NCBI GenBank assembly: GCA_028680705.1
Contig: JAQUJY010000005.1
Location: 58-64,057 of the forward strand
Direction: 5' to 3'
Origin: Bacteroidales bacterium
Lineage (GTDB): Bacteria; Bacteroidota; Bacteroidia; Bacteroidales; Tenuifilaceae
DNA length: 64,000 bases
Shown here: positions 49,102 to 58,737 of the stretch, piece after piece
Layout of the letters: each line of letters opens with the position of its first letter
How positions within the stretch are numbered: the first letter of the stretch is position 1
Made by a program: the position numbers and the translations under genes
Notes under the pieces: generated by a model
What the model was told of the DNA's origin: nothing
The model's input: the letters and a program-made list of their open reading frames with translations, nothing else
The model's database searches: none

Positions 49102-49802
49102 TGACTTTAGCAAAATCAATTCTCTCAGGGTTTGCCCATATATTCTACCCCAGGGTTTGCGGTGTTTGTAATACCGATCTTATTCATGCTGAGAAGGTAA
49201 TATGCCTCTCGTGCCTCTATAAAATGCCCCTAACCCGGTTTTGGAATGATGCTGATAATCCCATAGCCCAAACCTTTTGGGGAAGGGTTGAAATTGAGAA
49301 TGCATGTGCTTACTTTTTCTTCGCAAAAGGCAGTAAGTACAGACCCTTACTTCATCAGCTAAAATATAAAGGCAAGTACGAGATTGGAGTAGAACTAGGC
49401 TTGATTTTCGGACAAACCCTTGCAAAATCCGATCTATATAAAGGAATTGATTATACCATACCTGTACCACTTCACCCCAAGAAACTTAGGATAAGGGGAT
49501 ACAACCAGGCCGAGGCTATTGCCGAAGGGATTGCTAAAGGATTAGATATAGGGATGGATACCAGCCATCTTGTTCGCAAGGAGTTTACCGAAACACAAAC
49601 GCGTAAATCGCGCACCGAAAGGATTAAGAATGTTGCTGATGCTTTTGAACTTAAGAATGGTAGTGAACTAAAAGGTAAGCATCTGTTATTGGTAGATGAT
49701 GTTATTACAACAGGGGCAACGATTGAAGCCTGTGCAGCTAAATTACTAACCGTTGAGGGCTGTAAGGTGAGCGTGGGTGCACTTGCCTACGCAAATACTT
49801 AG
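49101..49802 (+). CDS. comF: ComF-family phosphoribosyltransferase-domain protein
   Basis: N-terminal Cys pairs (CGVC...CLSC) and PRTase motif LLLVDDVITTGATIEAC. The GTG start overlaps the upstream gene's stop by 1 nt. Confidence 0.8.
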   Translation: MTLAKSILSGFAHIFYPRVCGVCNTDLIHAEKVICLSCLYKMPLTRFWNDADNPIAQTFWGRVEIENACAYFFFAKGSKYRPLLHQLKYKGKYEIGVELGLIFGQTLAKSDLYKGIDYTIPVPLHPKKLRIRGYNQAEAIAEGIAKGLDIGMDTSHLVRKEFTETQTRKSRTERIKNVADAFELKNGSELKGKHLLLVDDVITTGATIEACAAKLLTVEGCKVSVGALAYANT

Positions 49803-49806
49803 GGTT

Positions 49807-50382
49807 TTATTTAGAATTTTCGCCCCACCTAAAACCTGTGTTTGCAAAGCCAAGTAAATCCAAAATCCTGTCTGTAACAGTATCAATTAAGGCGTTTATA
49901 TCTTTAGGTTTGCTATAGAATGAAGGACTGGCCGGGAAGATAATGCCACCAGCAAGGGTAACCTTCTGCATGTTTTCGATGTGTATAAGGTTGAAGGGCG
50001 ATTCGCGAAGCGTTAGAATTAACGTTTTCCGTTCTTTAAGTATAACATCTGCGCTACGGGAAATGAGGTCGGTGCTGGTTCCATTGGCAATTCGACCAAG
50101 TGTACCAGCGGTACACGGAATTACTACCATTGCATCGTAGCCCGCGCTACCTGATGCTGTAGGCGCAAAATAGCTGAGATTTTTGTATCGTTTTATTAGG
50201 TTCGATTCTGGAAAGTCCTCTTCCAGTTCGTATTGCCAAACCTGCTCCCCCGTTTCGGAAACAATTAGCGCAATCTCATCAATATCATCGCTTTGGGAAA
50301 GGAGTTTTTTTAGAAGATTGTGAGCGTATATTGAGCCACTGGCACCCGTAATGGCAACAATTATGCGTTTTTTATTTTTCAT
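49807..50382 (-). CDS. ubiX: Flavin prenyltransferase UbiX
   Basis: RIIVAITGASGSIYA and VVIPCTAGTLGRIANG motifs. 191 aa. Confidence 0.9.
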   Translation of the reverse strand: MKNKKRIIVAITGASGSIYAHNLLKKLLSQSDDIDEIALIVSETGEQVWQYELEEDFPESNLIKRYKNLSYFAPTASGSAGYDAMVVIPCTAGTLGRIANGTSTDLISRSADVILKERKTLILTLRESPFNLIHIENMQKVTLAGGIIFPASPSFYSKPKDINALIDTVTDRILDLLGFANTGFRWGENSK

Positions 50383-50471
50383 TGTACCTTGTGTTGTCTG
50401 AACAAATGTAAACTATTAATGGTAAAAAGGGTGGTTTGTACGATTTTCAAGTGATTTATTGGTGTTCGATT

Positions 50472-51626
50472 TTATCCATCTGAAAACAGCTGTTTGGCAA
50501 TAAATTTTACCACATCAACATTTACCGAGTTGCCAAACTGTTTATAGGCTTGCTGCGGGTTTGGATTAATTTTAAAGTCTTCAGGAAATCGCTGAAGGTT
50601 AGCTGCCTCTCGTGGAGTAATTCGGCGCTTCTGCCAGCCAATAATGGGGACATGAACCATGGCTACCAATGCTGGGAATTCTGTAGGCCGTTTAACTCTT
50701 ATGCCCGATGGACGAAATTGTATAATACCATCCCATACACTTTTTATTGATACTCCTGCTTGCCACTCAAATTTTGTATGGGTTTTAACAAAATCTTTTA
50801 GGTAATTATGCTCCTTAAGCCAGGTATCAATGTGCTTTTGGTTATCCTTATATAGTTTACGGTTTTTTAGTATAATCTCTTGCTTCCACTTAGGTAAATC
50901 GAGGATGTTATCGTTAACTTTAAATTCATTGGCCCAAATGGGGAACCCAATTGTTTTGTTCTTTATCCCTTGCAGAAATTCATCCCATGCACCCAGAACG
51001 TACTCCTCGTAATCGGAAATGGCAAATTCTCCGTTCGATGAACTATTTAGCGCCTTATGCGCCTGGGTAATATTTCGCTTTGATTCGGGGACGGTAATTC
51101 TCAACTCCTGATGCTTTGCAAACTTTTTAAGTATTCCTGGGATAAATACCCTGTCGCGTAGTTGGGGAACACCAATTTGATGAGGGCTAATAATTATGGG
51201 TTTGTGGGGAATTAGGTAACCCAACTCGACCAAGTTCTTGTGCATCACCTTCCACGTTAGCCCTTTATCGTGTGATACTAAGTTTCTTACATTCTCTAGG
51301 ATTATATACTTAGGTTTGTGATATTTCAGAATTCGCAGAATATCAAAGAATAGCGTTCCTCTGGTATCTTCAAACCCATTTTGCTTTCCTGCTTTTGAGA
51401 AGGCTTGGCATGGAAAACCAGCACAAAGCACATCGTGCTTGAGTATTGCTTGTTCTGGCACCTTAGTAATATCATTTGAGGAGTTAATACCAAAGTTATC
51501 ATAGTAGGTTTCAATGGCGTATTTATTTATTTCTGAGGCAAATACGCACTCACCTCCCAAGTTTTCCATTGCAATATGAAAACCGCCAATTCCGGCAAAA
51601 AGGTCGATAAACTTAAATTTCGGCAT
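50472..51626 (-). CDS. dcm: DNA (cytosine-5)-methyltransferase
   Basis: m5C-MTase motifs I FAGIGGF, IV GFPCQAFS, VI ENV, VIII QLRDRVF and X QFGNSV. A ~150-aa variable target-recognition region lies between motifs VIII and IX. The start is set at ATG 51626 (MPKFKFIDLF) because a promoter-like box lies inside the longer ORF. Confidence 0.9.
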   Translation of the reverse strand: MPKFKFIDLFAGIGGFHIAMENLGGECVFASEINKYAIETYYDNFGINSSNDITKVPEQAILKHDVLCAGFPCQAFSKAGKQNGFEDTRGTLFFDILRILKYHKPKYIILENVRNLVSHDKGLTWKVMHKNLVELGYLIPHKPIIISPHQIGVPQLRDRVFIPGILKKFAKHQELRITVPESKRNITQAHKALNSSSNGEFAISDYEEYVLGAWDEFLQGIKNKTIGFPIWANEFKVNDNILDLPKWKQEIILKNRKLYKDNQKHIDTWLKEHNYLKDFVKTHTKFEWQAGVSIKSVWDGIIQFRPSGIRVKRPTEFPALVAMVHVPIIGWQKRRITPREAANLQRFPEDFKINPNPQQAYKQFGNSVNVDVVKFIAKQLFSDG

Positions 51627-51643
51627 TTTATTTTTGTGTTGCC

Positions 51644-51651
51644 CAAAAATA
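51644..51651 (-). promoter_or_regulatory. Candidate -7 promoter box (TATTTTTG) for the m5C methyltransferase
   Basis: The minus strand reads TATTTTTG 17 nt upstream of ATG 51626. Confidence 0.3.
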
Positions 51652-52273
51652 AGCATTAAATATACTTTTAGCATTGAAAAGGGAATTGTAAATTGATATG
51701 AATAAATATGGTCAAATTCTGTAATTTTGATGATTAAGTGGAAATCAATAAATTTGTTCTACAGCTAATTGGAATCATGTGAAACGGGGTTTTACTTTAT
51801 TCCTTTTAGTGCCTTGATTTATAGTTGATTATTATCTAATCAAAGGACTTACGCAATTGGGTTACCGATTTTTTTAAAAGAGCCAATGATAATCAACAGG
51901 CCATATTACTTTTTAATATATGAACAAAACCTTTCTTTTTATACTGCTCATTGTTTGTCAAGTATCTTCGGCAGCATTGTCCCAATCGCATAAGTAAACC
52001 AATTGGGCGATTTGGTTTCGAGGCAAAGGTTATAGGAATTCGAACATCAACAAGAACATTGTTTCATGCCTGCATATTTGCCGAGGCAATGTATAGTTAC
52101 GGCTTAAGGCACAATTTCTCGTACCTACTTCCTTCAGCTGGTTTACGTTTTCATTTTCTTTAACGGTTAGGTGGGAACCAATTAGGGCTTTGGTTTGTAA
52201 ATAATCAATATTTTGCCAATTTGCACACGCCTTTTTACTATATTTATGCTGAATTTATTTAAACTATTACACA

Positions 52274-53284
52274 ATGAGAACATCATGGTTTATTGGCACT
52301 TTGGCTCTTTTGCTTTTCGCAAGCGTATCGGTAGCCCAAACATCTAAGCCATCAATTAGCGAAATGCGGTGGGGGCGTGATTTTAAACTCCACGTTAAAC
52401 TTTCGAACGACACAAATTATGTGATGGACGTTAGGGCTCTGCATCATGCAGAGGAGTTTAACGCAGAGGAAGCCAAAGAGGCAACAACATATTATCCCGT
52501 AAATCTTGATGAAGAGTTTATCGAGTATATCAAAACGCGTAAACTCGAAACCGACGAGAAAACCAAAGCCGATACAGTGTCCAAGGGTAATCCCAAAACA
52601 CTTTGGTCGGCGTTGCATTATACACTAGGTGGTGGCTATGTTCACTTTGTTAATAGCCTTATCTACGCACTCGAATCGCAGAGACTAAACCTGTACGACC
52701 CAATTATGAAGCGTCCCGTTACCAGTTGGAAACCTAAGCCAAAAACTAAAACATGGAAACGTACCCGAAAGTGGGAGCACTACATTCCATCCGACCAGAA
52801 GTTGGCGCAGAACGAGTATAAACTGAGGGAAAAGGAGATAGATTTACAGGACTTACAGGGTGTTCCAACGCAGTTTATTGAAGATTTCATTGCTACTTCG
52901 CAAAAGGATTACGACGAGATGCTGGCACAAGGGCAGAGGATGCAGTTATCGAAGATTGATTTGGTAAGGCTTTTACTTGGTGCAAAGTACTTGGGCGAGT
53001 ACCAAATTGAGTTTATTCAGAGCAGGGTTTCATCCTCAGTGCTAAGGTACAACATAAGCAATTTACCATCGGTAATTATTTTCGACGATTACAATGCTGC
53101 GGTGGCGATGACCCTCGATAATACGGGATATAAAATTGATTATGTAGTTTTTAGTGATCAGGAATTCATCTCCTCCGAAGAGCAAAGCCATAGAATTGGA
53201 AAAATCGAAGCACTTATAGTGGCCATCAACGAGGCCAACGATAGGGTATTTCAGAAAAGATTATCAACCTATTACGGCTCCTGA
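52274..53284 (+). CDS. Secreted protein of unknown function
   Basis: 336-aa ORF with a signal peptide (MRTSWFIGTLALLLFASVSVAQ). I recognise no family. It contains a basic stretch, SWKPKPKTKTWKRTRKW. Confidence 0.5.
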   Translation: MRTSWFIGTLALLLFASVSVAQTSKPSISEMRWGRDFKLHVKLSNDTNYVMDVRALHHAEEFNAEEAKEATTYYPVNLDEEFIEYIKTRKLETDEKTKADTVSKGNPKTLWSALHYTLGGGYVHFVNSLIYALESQRLNLYDPIMKRPVTSWKPKPKTKTWKRTRKWEHYIPSDQKLAQNEYKLREKEIDLQDLQGVPTQFIEDFIATSQKDYDEMLAQGQRMQLSKIDLVRLLLGAKYLGEYQIEFIQSRVSSSVLRYNISNLPSVIIFDDYNAAVAMTLDNTGYKIDYVVFSDQEFISSEEQSHRIGKIEALIVAINEANDRVFQKRLSTYYGS

Positions 53285-53372
53285 TGCTATAAAAAAAGGT
53301 GGTCATAGCAAAAATCGTACCTTATTAGGTATTTATTCCTTTCGGCTATCCTCCATTTTCTTTAAAAATGGT

Positions 53373-53380
53373 TACTTTTG
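53373..53380 (+). promoter_or_regulatory. Candidate -7 promoter box (TACTTTTG) for asnS
   Basis: Matches TAnnTTTG. Lies 58 nt upstream of ATG 53438. Confidence 0.3.
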
Positions 53381-53437
53381 TGAATTACATTAGGCTTAGT
53401 TGTCCTTGCAGTAGTATAATTATTAAATCGTTATAGA

Positions 53438-54835
53438 ATGACACTTAAATCGCGAACAAAAATTGTAGATCTTTTAAAAAAAGGAGAAGTTGGCACCGAG
53501 GTGGTTGCCAAAGGTTGGGTAAGAACCCGAAGAGGAAATAAGAATGTTGCTTTTATTGCACTTAATGATGGTTCTACCATACATAATATACAAATTGTTG
53601 CCGATGTAGCTGTTTTTGGTGATGATTTTCTTAAGGAAGTTGGAACAGGTGCGTGCATAAAGGTAGTAGGTACACTTGTTGAATCACCAGGTGCCCAGCA
53701 GCCAGTTGAGGTTCAAGCAAAATCTATTGAACTTTACGGAAAGGCCGATCCTGCATCGTATCCACTGCAGAAAAAGGGACATAGCCTTGAGTTCTTAAGG
53801 GAGATCGCCCACTTAAGACCTCGCACAAATACGTTTAGCGCAGTACTCCGTATTAGGCATGCTATGGCTTTTGCCATACACAAGTACTTTAATGATAAAG
53901 GATTTTTCTATATCCATACACCCATAATCACAGGTTCCGATGCCGAGGGGGCAGGGGAGTTATTTAGGGTTACCACACTCGATATAAACAACCCACCTCG
54001 CAAGGAAAACGGGAAAGTTGATTTTGCCGAAGATTTTTTTGGCAAGGAGTCTAAACTTACCGTATCGGGGCAGCTGGAGGGCGAACTTGCAGCCCTTGCA
54101 CTATCCGAGGTATACACCTTTGGTCCAACATTCAGGGCTGAGAATTCAAATACGCCAAGGCACCTAGCCGAATTCTGGATGATCGAGCCCGAGGTTGCTT
54201 TTTACGATATTGAGGATAACATGGATTTAGCCGAAGATTTTCTTAAGTATCTTATTCGCTATGCCCTTGAGCACTGTAAGGATGACCTTGAGTTCCTGAA
54301 TAAGATGTGGGACAAGGAGTTGTTGGAAAGATTAAACTCTGTGGCTAGCATTAGTTTCGAACGCCTAACCTACACAAAGGCCGTTGAGATACTTGAAAAG
54401 GCCGATGTTAAATGGGAGTTCCCAGTTTTTTGGGGTGCCGATTTGCATAGTGAGCACGAGAGGTATCTGGTTGAAAAGCACTTTAAAAAGCCCGTAATTC
54501 TAACGGATTATCCAAAGGAGATAAAGGCGTTTTACATGAAGCTGAACGATGATGGAAAAACGGTTAAGGCCATGGATGTGCTTTTTCCAAAAATTGGTGA
54601 GATTATTGGAGGTTCACAGCGCGAGGAGAATCATGAAGCGATTACAAAGCGCATTAATGAGCTAGAAATTCCAATGGAGGAACTTTGGTGGTATATCGAA
54701 ACCCGTAAATTTGGAACAGCACCACATAGCGGTTTTGGACTAGGGTTTGAGAGGTTGCTCTTGTTTGTTACAGGCATGGGCAATATTCGTGACGTAATTC
54801 CATTCCCTCGTACACCCAATAGCTGCGAATTTTAG
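53438..54835 (+). CDS. asnS: Asparagine--tRNA ligase
   Basis: An OB-fold N-terminus followed by class II motifs ([35 protein letters not shown]). Confidence 0.95.
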   Translation: MTLKSRTKIVDLLKKGEVGTEVVAKGWVRTRRGNKNVAFIALNDGSTIHNIQIVADVAVFGDDFLKEVGTGACIKVVGTLVESPGAQQPVEVQAKSIELYGKADPASYPLQKKGHSLEFLREIAHLRPRTNTFSAVLRIRHAMAFAIHKYFNDKGFFYIHTPIITGSDAEGAGELFRVTTLDINNPPRKENGKVDFAEDFFGKESKLTVSGQLEGELAALALSEVYTFGPTFRAENSNTPRHLAEFWMIEPEVAFYDIEDNMDLAEDFLKYLIRYALEHCKDDLEFLNKMWDKELLERLNSVASISFERLTYTKAVEILEKADVKWEFPVFWGADLHSEHERYLVEKHFKKPVILTDYPKEIKAFYMKLNDDGKTVKAMDVLFPKIGEIIGGSQREENHEAITKRINELEIPMEELWWYIETRKFGTAPHSGFGLGFERLLLFVTGMGNIRDVIPFPRTPNSCEF

Positions 54836-54854
54836 AAAGTAAATAGTTTTAAGC

Positions 54855-56312
54855 ATGCTTAAGCAGAGGTTACAACAGAAACTACTTCAGAGACTTTCGC
54901 CCCAGCAGATTCAGGTAATTAAACTGCTGGAGATACCTACTATGCAGCTTGATCAGCGCATTAAAAAGGAGTTGGAGGATAACCCAATACTCGAAGAAGG
55001 GGTCGACTTTGATGAGGATGAACAGGAAAGGGAAGAGTCTACACAGGAAGAAAGCGAAACAAAGGACGATGAGGAGTTTACCCTAGAAGACTACTTGGAG
55101 GATGAGGATACACCCTCATATCGCCTTGCGGCCAACAACTATTCAAAAGACGATAAACGGGAAGAGATTCCTTTCTCAACGGGCGTTTCGTTTCATGATC
55201 ACCTTGCTAACCAGCTTGGGCTTCGGGTTCTTAGTGAAAAGCAGAAAAACCTTGGACTTTACCTAATTGGTAACATTGATGATGACGGATACCTGCGCAG
55301 AAAACTATCGGCCATTGCCGACGATTTGGCTTTTAGCGCTGGGGTTGAAACCGATGAGGATGAATTGGAGCAGATTTTATACATAATTCACGATTTTGAT
55401 CCAGTGGGAATTGGAGCGCGCGATTTACAAGAGTGTTTGCTTCTACAGATACAGAGTAAGGATCAGAACCTACCCGAAATAGGCTTAGCCCGAAAGATTC
55501 TGAAGTATAATTTTGATGAGTTTACCCGGAAGCATTACGACAAAATACAGTCGAGACTTAATCTATCCGATGATGACCTGAAATTGGCCATCGACGAGAT
55601 TCTAAAGCTTAATCCAAAACCTGGAGGAGCCGTTCACGATTCTCATAGTCGGACTGCACATCACATAGTTCCTGATTTTATTTTGGAAGAGGTTGATGGG
55701 GAATTAATTCTCAGCCTCAACTCTAAGAATGTACCCGATCTTAAGATAAACCGACAGTACTCCAACATGCTTAAGTCGTATGCTGCCAATAAACAAAACG
55801 CAACAAAGCAGCAAAAAGAGGCCATTGTTTATGTTAAGCAAAAGATTGATTCGGCCAAATGGTTTATCGATGCAATTAGGCAGCGGCAAAACACTTTACT
55901 CTTCACAATGCGCGCCATTATAGAGTATCAAGAAGAGTTTTTTCGATCGGGTGACGAAATGCATTTAAAACCGATGATATTGAAGGATATTGCTGAGGTA
56001 ACAGATTTAGATATCTCAACAATTTCAAGGGTTGCCAATAGTAAATATATTCAGACAAACCACGGAATTTTCTCGCTAAAATTTTTCTTTAGCGAGGGGA
56101 TGCAAACTGATTCTGGCGAAGAGGTATCTACTAAGGAGATAAAGAAAATTTTGGCCGATTGTGTGAACGCTGAGGATAAGAAGAAAACCCTAACAGATGA
56201 AAAGTTGATGGAAATTCTCAGGGAGAAAGGTTATCCAATTGCCCGAAGAACAGTTGCAAAGTATCGTGAGCAACTTGGTATTCCGGTGGCTAGGCTTAGA
56301 AAGGAACTTTAA
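54855..56312 (+). CDS. rpoN: RNA polymerase sigma-54 factor
   Basis: Gln/Leu-rich N-terminus, an acidic region, and the C-terminal RpoN box ARRTVAKYREQLGIP. Confidence 0.95.
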   Translation: MLKQRLQQKLLQRLSPQQIQVIKLLEIPTMQLDQRIKKELEDNPILEEGVDFDEDEQEREESTQEESETKDDEEFTLEDYLEDEDTPSYRLAANNYSKDDKREEIPFSTGVSFHDHLANQLGLRVLSEKQKNLGLYLIGNIDDDGYLRRKLSAIADDLAFSAGVETDEDELEQILYIIHDFDPVGIGARDLQECLLLQIQSKDQNLPEIGLARKILKYNFDEFTRKHYDKIQSRLNLSDDDLKLAIDEILKLNPKPGGAVHDSHSRTAHHIVPDFILEEVDGELILSLNSKNVPDLKINRQYSNMLKSYAANKQNATKQQKEAIVYVKQKIDSAKWFIDAIRQRQNTLLFTMRAIIEYQEEFFRSGDEMHLKPMILKDIAEVTDLDISTISRVANSKYIQTNHGIFSLKFFFSEGMQTDSGEEVSTKEIKKILADCVNAEDKKKTLTDEKLMEILREKGYPIARRTVAKYREQLGIPVARLRKEL

Positions 56313-56316
56313 CAGT

Positions 56317-56925
56317 ATGAGAAGAATAATTGCCCACTTAGTATCGGGTTTGTTTCATCCTCTAATAATGCCCTCGCTGGGCGTGCTTTTTATTTTCTTT
56401 TCTAGTTCCCACATCTTTATTTTACCGTATGAAGCGCAAAGGATAATACTAATAATTGTTGCCATAAACACTTTGGTGTTGCCAATGCTTATGATTCCAC
56501 TTTTCCATCGGTTTGGTATCATCAAGAGCATTCAAATGAAGAATCATCGGGAGCGAATTATCCCCCTAACTTTCACCTTAATACCTTATATATTCTCATT
56601 CTATTTCCTTAACCGGTTGCCCATTATTAGTGAGATAGCACTCTTTATGCTTGGAGCAACTATAGCTGTTTTTTTAACGCTAGTCATCTCCATTTGGTGG
56701 AAGATAAGTGTGCATATGGTTGGGGTTGGTGGTTTGCTAGGTTTACTATACGCCCTTGCCCTACGCTTTCAGGTGGCTGGTGTTTGGTTTATACTTGTTG
56801 CTATTGCTGTAACAGGCATTGTAGCCTGGGCCCGGCTAACTTTAAACGCCCACAAGCCCTCGCAAATATATGCAGGATTCACCCTTGGTGCTGTAGTTGT
56901 GTCAGCAATGGTTGTTTTGTTATAG
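56317..56925 (+). CDS. Polytopic membrane protein, PAP2-superfamily-like
   Basis: About 6 TM segments. SVHMVG and ARLTLNAHKPSQIYAGFTLG resemble degenerate PAP2 C2/C3 motifs. The start is set at ATG 56317, just after the rpoN stop, not the overlapping ORF-track start. Confidence 0.45.
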   Translation: MRRIIAHLVSGLFHPLIMPSLGVLFIFFSSSHIFILPYEAQRIILIIVAINTLVLPMLMIPLFHRFGIIKSIQMKNHRERIIPLTFTLIPYIFSFYFLNRLPIISEIALFMLGATIAVFLTLVISIWWKISVHMVGVGGLLGLLYALALRFQVAGVWFILVAIAVTGIVAWARLTLNAHKPSQIYAGFTLGAVVVSAMVVLL

Positions 56926-56940
56926 TTTAATTTATTTACT

Positions 56941-57477
56941 TTGATAAAATCTCGCAGTTTGCTTGCTATGCTTCTTCTGTTCTTCAGCGGGTACGCTGTT
57001 GGTCAAGAAGGGTTAGCTATGAAAACAGTTCAAAATTTTGAGGTTAAGCAATTCATGGGTACATGGTATGAGATTGCTCGTTTCCCTCATTCCTTTGAGC
57101 GAAGTTTGGTGGGCGTTACGGCAACCTACAGGCTTAAACCAAATGGTAATGTTGAGGTTGTAAACCAAGGGTATAAGAATAATCTTGAGGGGAAATTAAA
57201 AAGTGCAAAAGCCTTTGCCAAAATACCTGATGCCAATGAGCCCGGAAGACTTAAGGTTTATTTCTTTTGGCCATTCGGAGCCGATTATCTCATTCTCGAC
57301 ATCGACCCCAATTACCAGTGGGTCTTGGTAGGGAGTAGTTCACCAAAATTTCTGTGGATTCTCAATCGTGCGCCTCAAATGGATTCAGAATTGTTTGGTA
57401 CAATAGTTAATAAAGCAAGGCAGCTAGGTTACGATATTGATAAGCTAGAAATGGTTCCCCAAAAAGAAACCCCGTAG
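56941..57477 (+). CDS. blc: Bacterial lipocalin (Blc-like)
   Basis: FMGTWYEIARFPHSFE lipocalin motif, ADYLILDIDPNYQWVLVGS, and a signal peptide. The start is uncertain: TTG 56941 or ATG 56968. Confidence 0.8.
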   Translation: MIKSRSLLAMLLLFFSGYAVGQEGLAMKTVQNFEVKQFMGTWYEIARFPHSFERSLVGVTATYRLKPNGNVEVVNQGYKNNLEGKLKSAKAFAKIPDANEPGRLKVYFFWPFGADYLILDIDPNYQWVLVGSSSPKFLWILNRAPQMDSELFGTIVNKARQLGYDIDKLEMVPQKETP

Positions 57478-57481
57478 TTAC

Positions 57482-58660
57482 ATGCGCCGATTCTCTGCAA
57501 ACTATATCTTCACAAACACAGGCAATCCCATCCGTAATGGAGTTGTTGGGGTAAATGATAATGGGGAAATTATTGAGATAATAGACCACAAAGATGGGGT
57601 TAAGGAGTATGCGCATACCGAGTTTCGGAATGGTATTATAGTCCCTGGCTTTGTGAATGCACATTGCCATACCGAGCTATCGCACCTTAAAGGGAAGGTT
57701 GAGCCCAATACAGGGCTGGCAGGCTTTGTTAATCAGATTAGGAACCATAGGTTAGCTGGCGAAAGAGGCAATGAGGAGAGTATTTCCAATGCCATTGAGC
57801 AGATGGCTAAGCTAGGAACTGTTGCCGTAGCCGATATATGTAATACCTCCGACAGCTTTAGCGCAAAGCAGAAGAGTGGTATAAAATTTATTAACCTAAT
57901 CGAGGTTCTTGGGCTAGAATCAGAAAAAGTGGACAGCATTCTCGAGCGGGCTGAAGCAATTTCCGAGGTCTCTGCAAACCAGCTGGGTATGCCAGCCTAT
58001 ATTACACCCCATTCAATATATTCGCTTTCAGTTAAACTTTGGGAGAGGTTGGCAGTTATCCTAAAGAATAATCCAATAGTTTCTGTTCACTTTGCCGAAA
58101 GCCGGGATGAGGCTAACTTTGCAAATGAAAGAACTGGAGGCATATTCGATAACTATGTTCGCTGGGGATTATCGTTTAGCGATGCTCCCAATGCAAGCCC
58201 CGTTGAAATTCTTAAAAGGTATCTACCCAAAGATTCCAGATTATTGTTGGTTCATAATACATTTATGGACGAACATCAGCTAAATGAGATAAAAGATTAT
58301 TTCAGCAACGCCTACTTTGTGCTTTGTCCATCGTCCAATTTGTATATTGAGCAAACCTTGCCTAACGTACCAATGCTTAGTGCATCGGAGGTTAAAATAG
58401 CACTGGGTACCGATAGCCTAGCCTCATCGCCTACGTTATCTATTTTTAGTCAAATTCAGCTAATACTAAACCATTTTCCGAAGATTGAGTTCGCCCAAGT
58501 TTTACAATGGGCAACACTTTACGGAGCAGAGGCATTAGGCTTAGAGCATAGCTTTGGGACAATAGAGAAGGGAAAGGCGCCGGGACTAAATCTTATATCG
58601 CCCTTTAATTTTTCGGAGATGAAACCCTATCCCAATAGTAAGGTAATGGCTTTGTTATAG
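57482..58660 (+). CDS. Amidohydrolase-superfamily (chlorohydrolase/deaminase-like) protein
   Basis: The metal-binding FVNAHCHTELSHL motif is near the N-terminus, with VHFAES and GTDSLAS motifs downstream. Confidence 0.7.
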   Translation: MRRFSANYIFTNTGNPIRNGVVGVNDNGEIIEIIDHKDGVKEYAHTEFRNGIIVPGFVNAHCHTELSHLKGKVEPNTGLAGFVNQIRNHRLAGERGNEESISNAIEQMAKLGTVAVADICNTSDSFSAKQKSGIKFINLIEVLGLESEKVDSILERAEAISEVSANQLGMPAYITPHSIYSLSVKLWERLAVILKNNPIVSVHFAESRDEANFANERTGGIFDNYVRWGLSFSDAPNASPVEILKRYLPKDSRLLLVHNTFMDEHQLNEIKDYFSNAYFVLCPSSNLYIEQTLPNVPMLSASEVKIALGTDSLASSPTLSIFSQIQLILNHFPKIEFAQVLQWATLYGAEALGLEHSFGTIEKGKAPGLNLISPFNFSEMKPYPNSKVMALL

Positions 58661-58737
58661 CAATGCCGATATGCTTTTAAGCAACCCCAAAATCACACAA
58701 CTTTTGTCTACCTTTGCTGTACTTATATTGTATTGTT

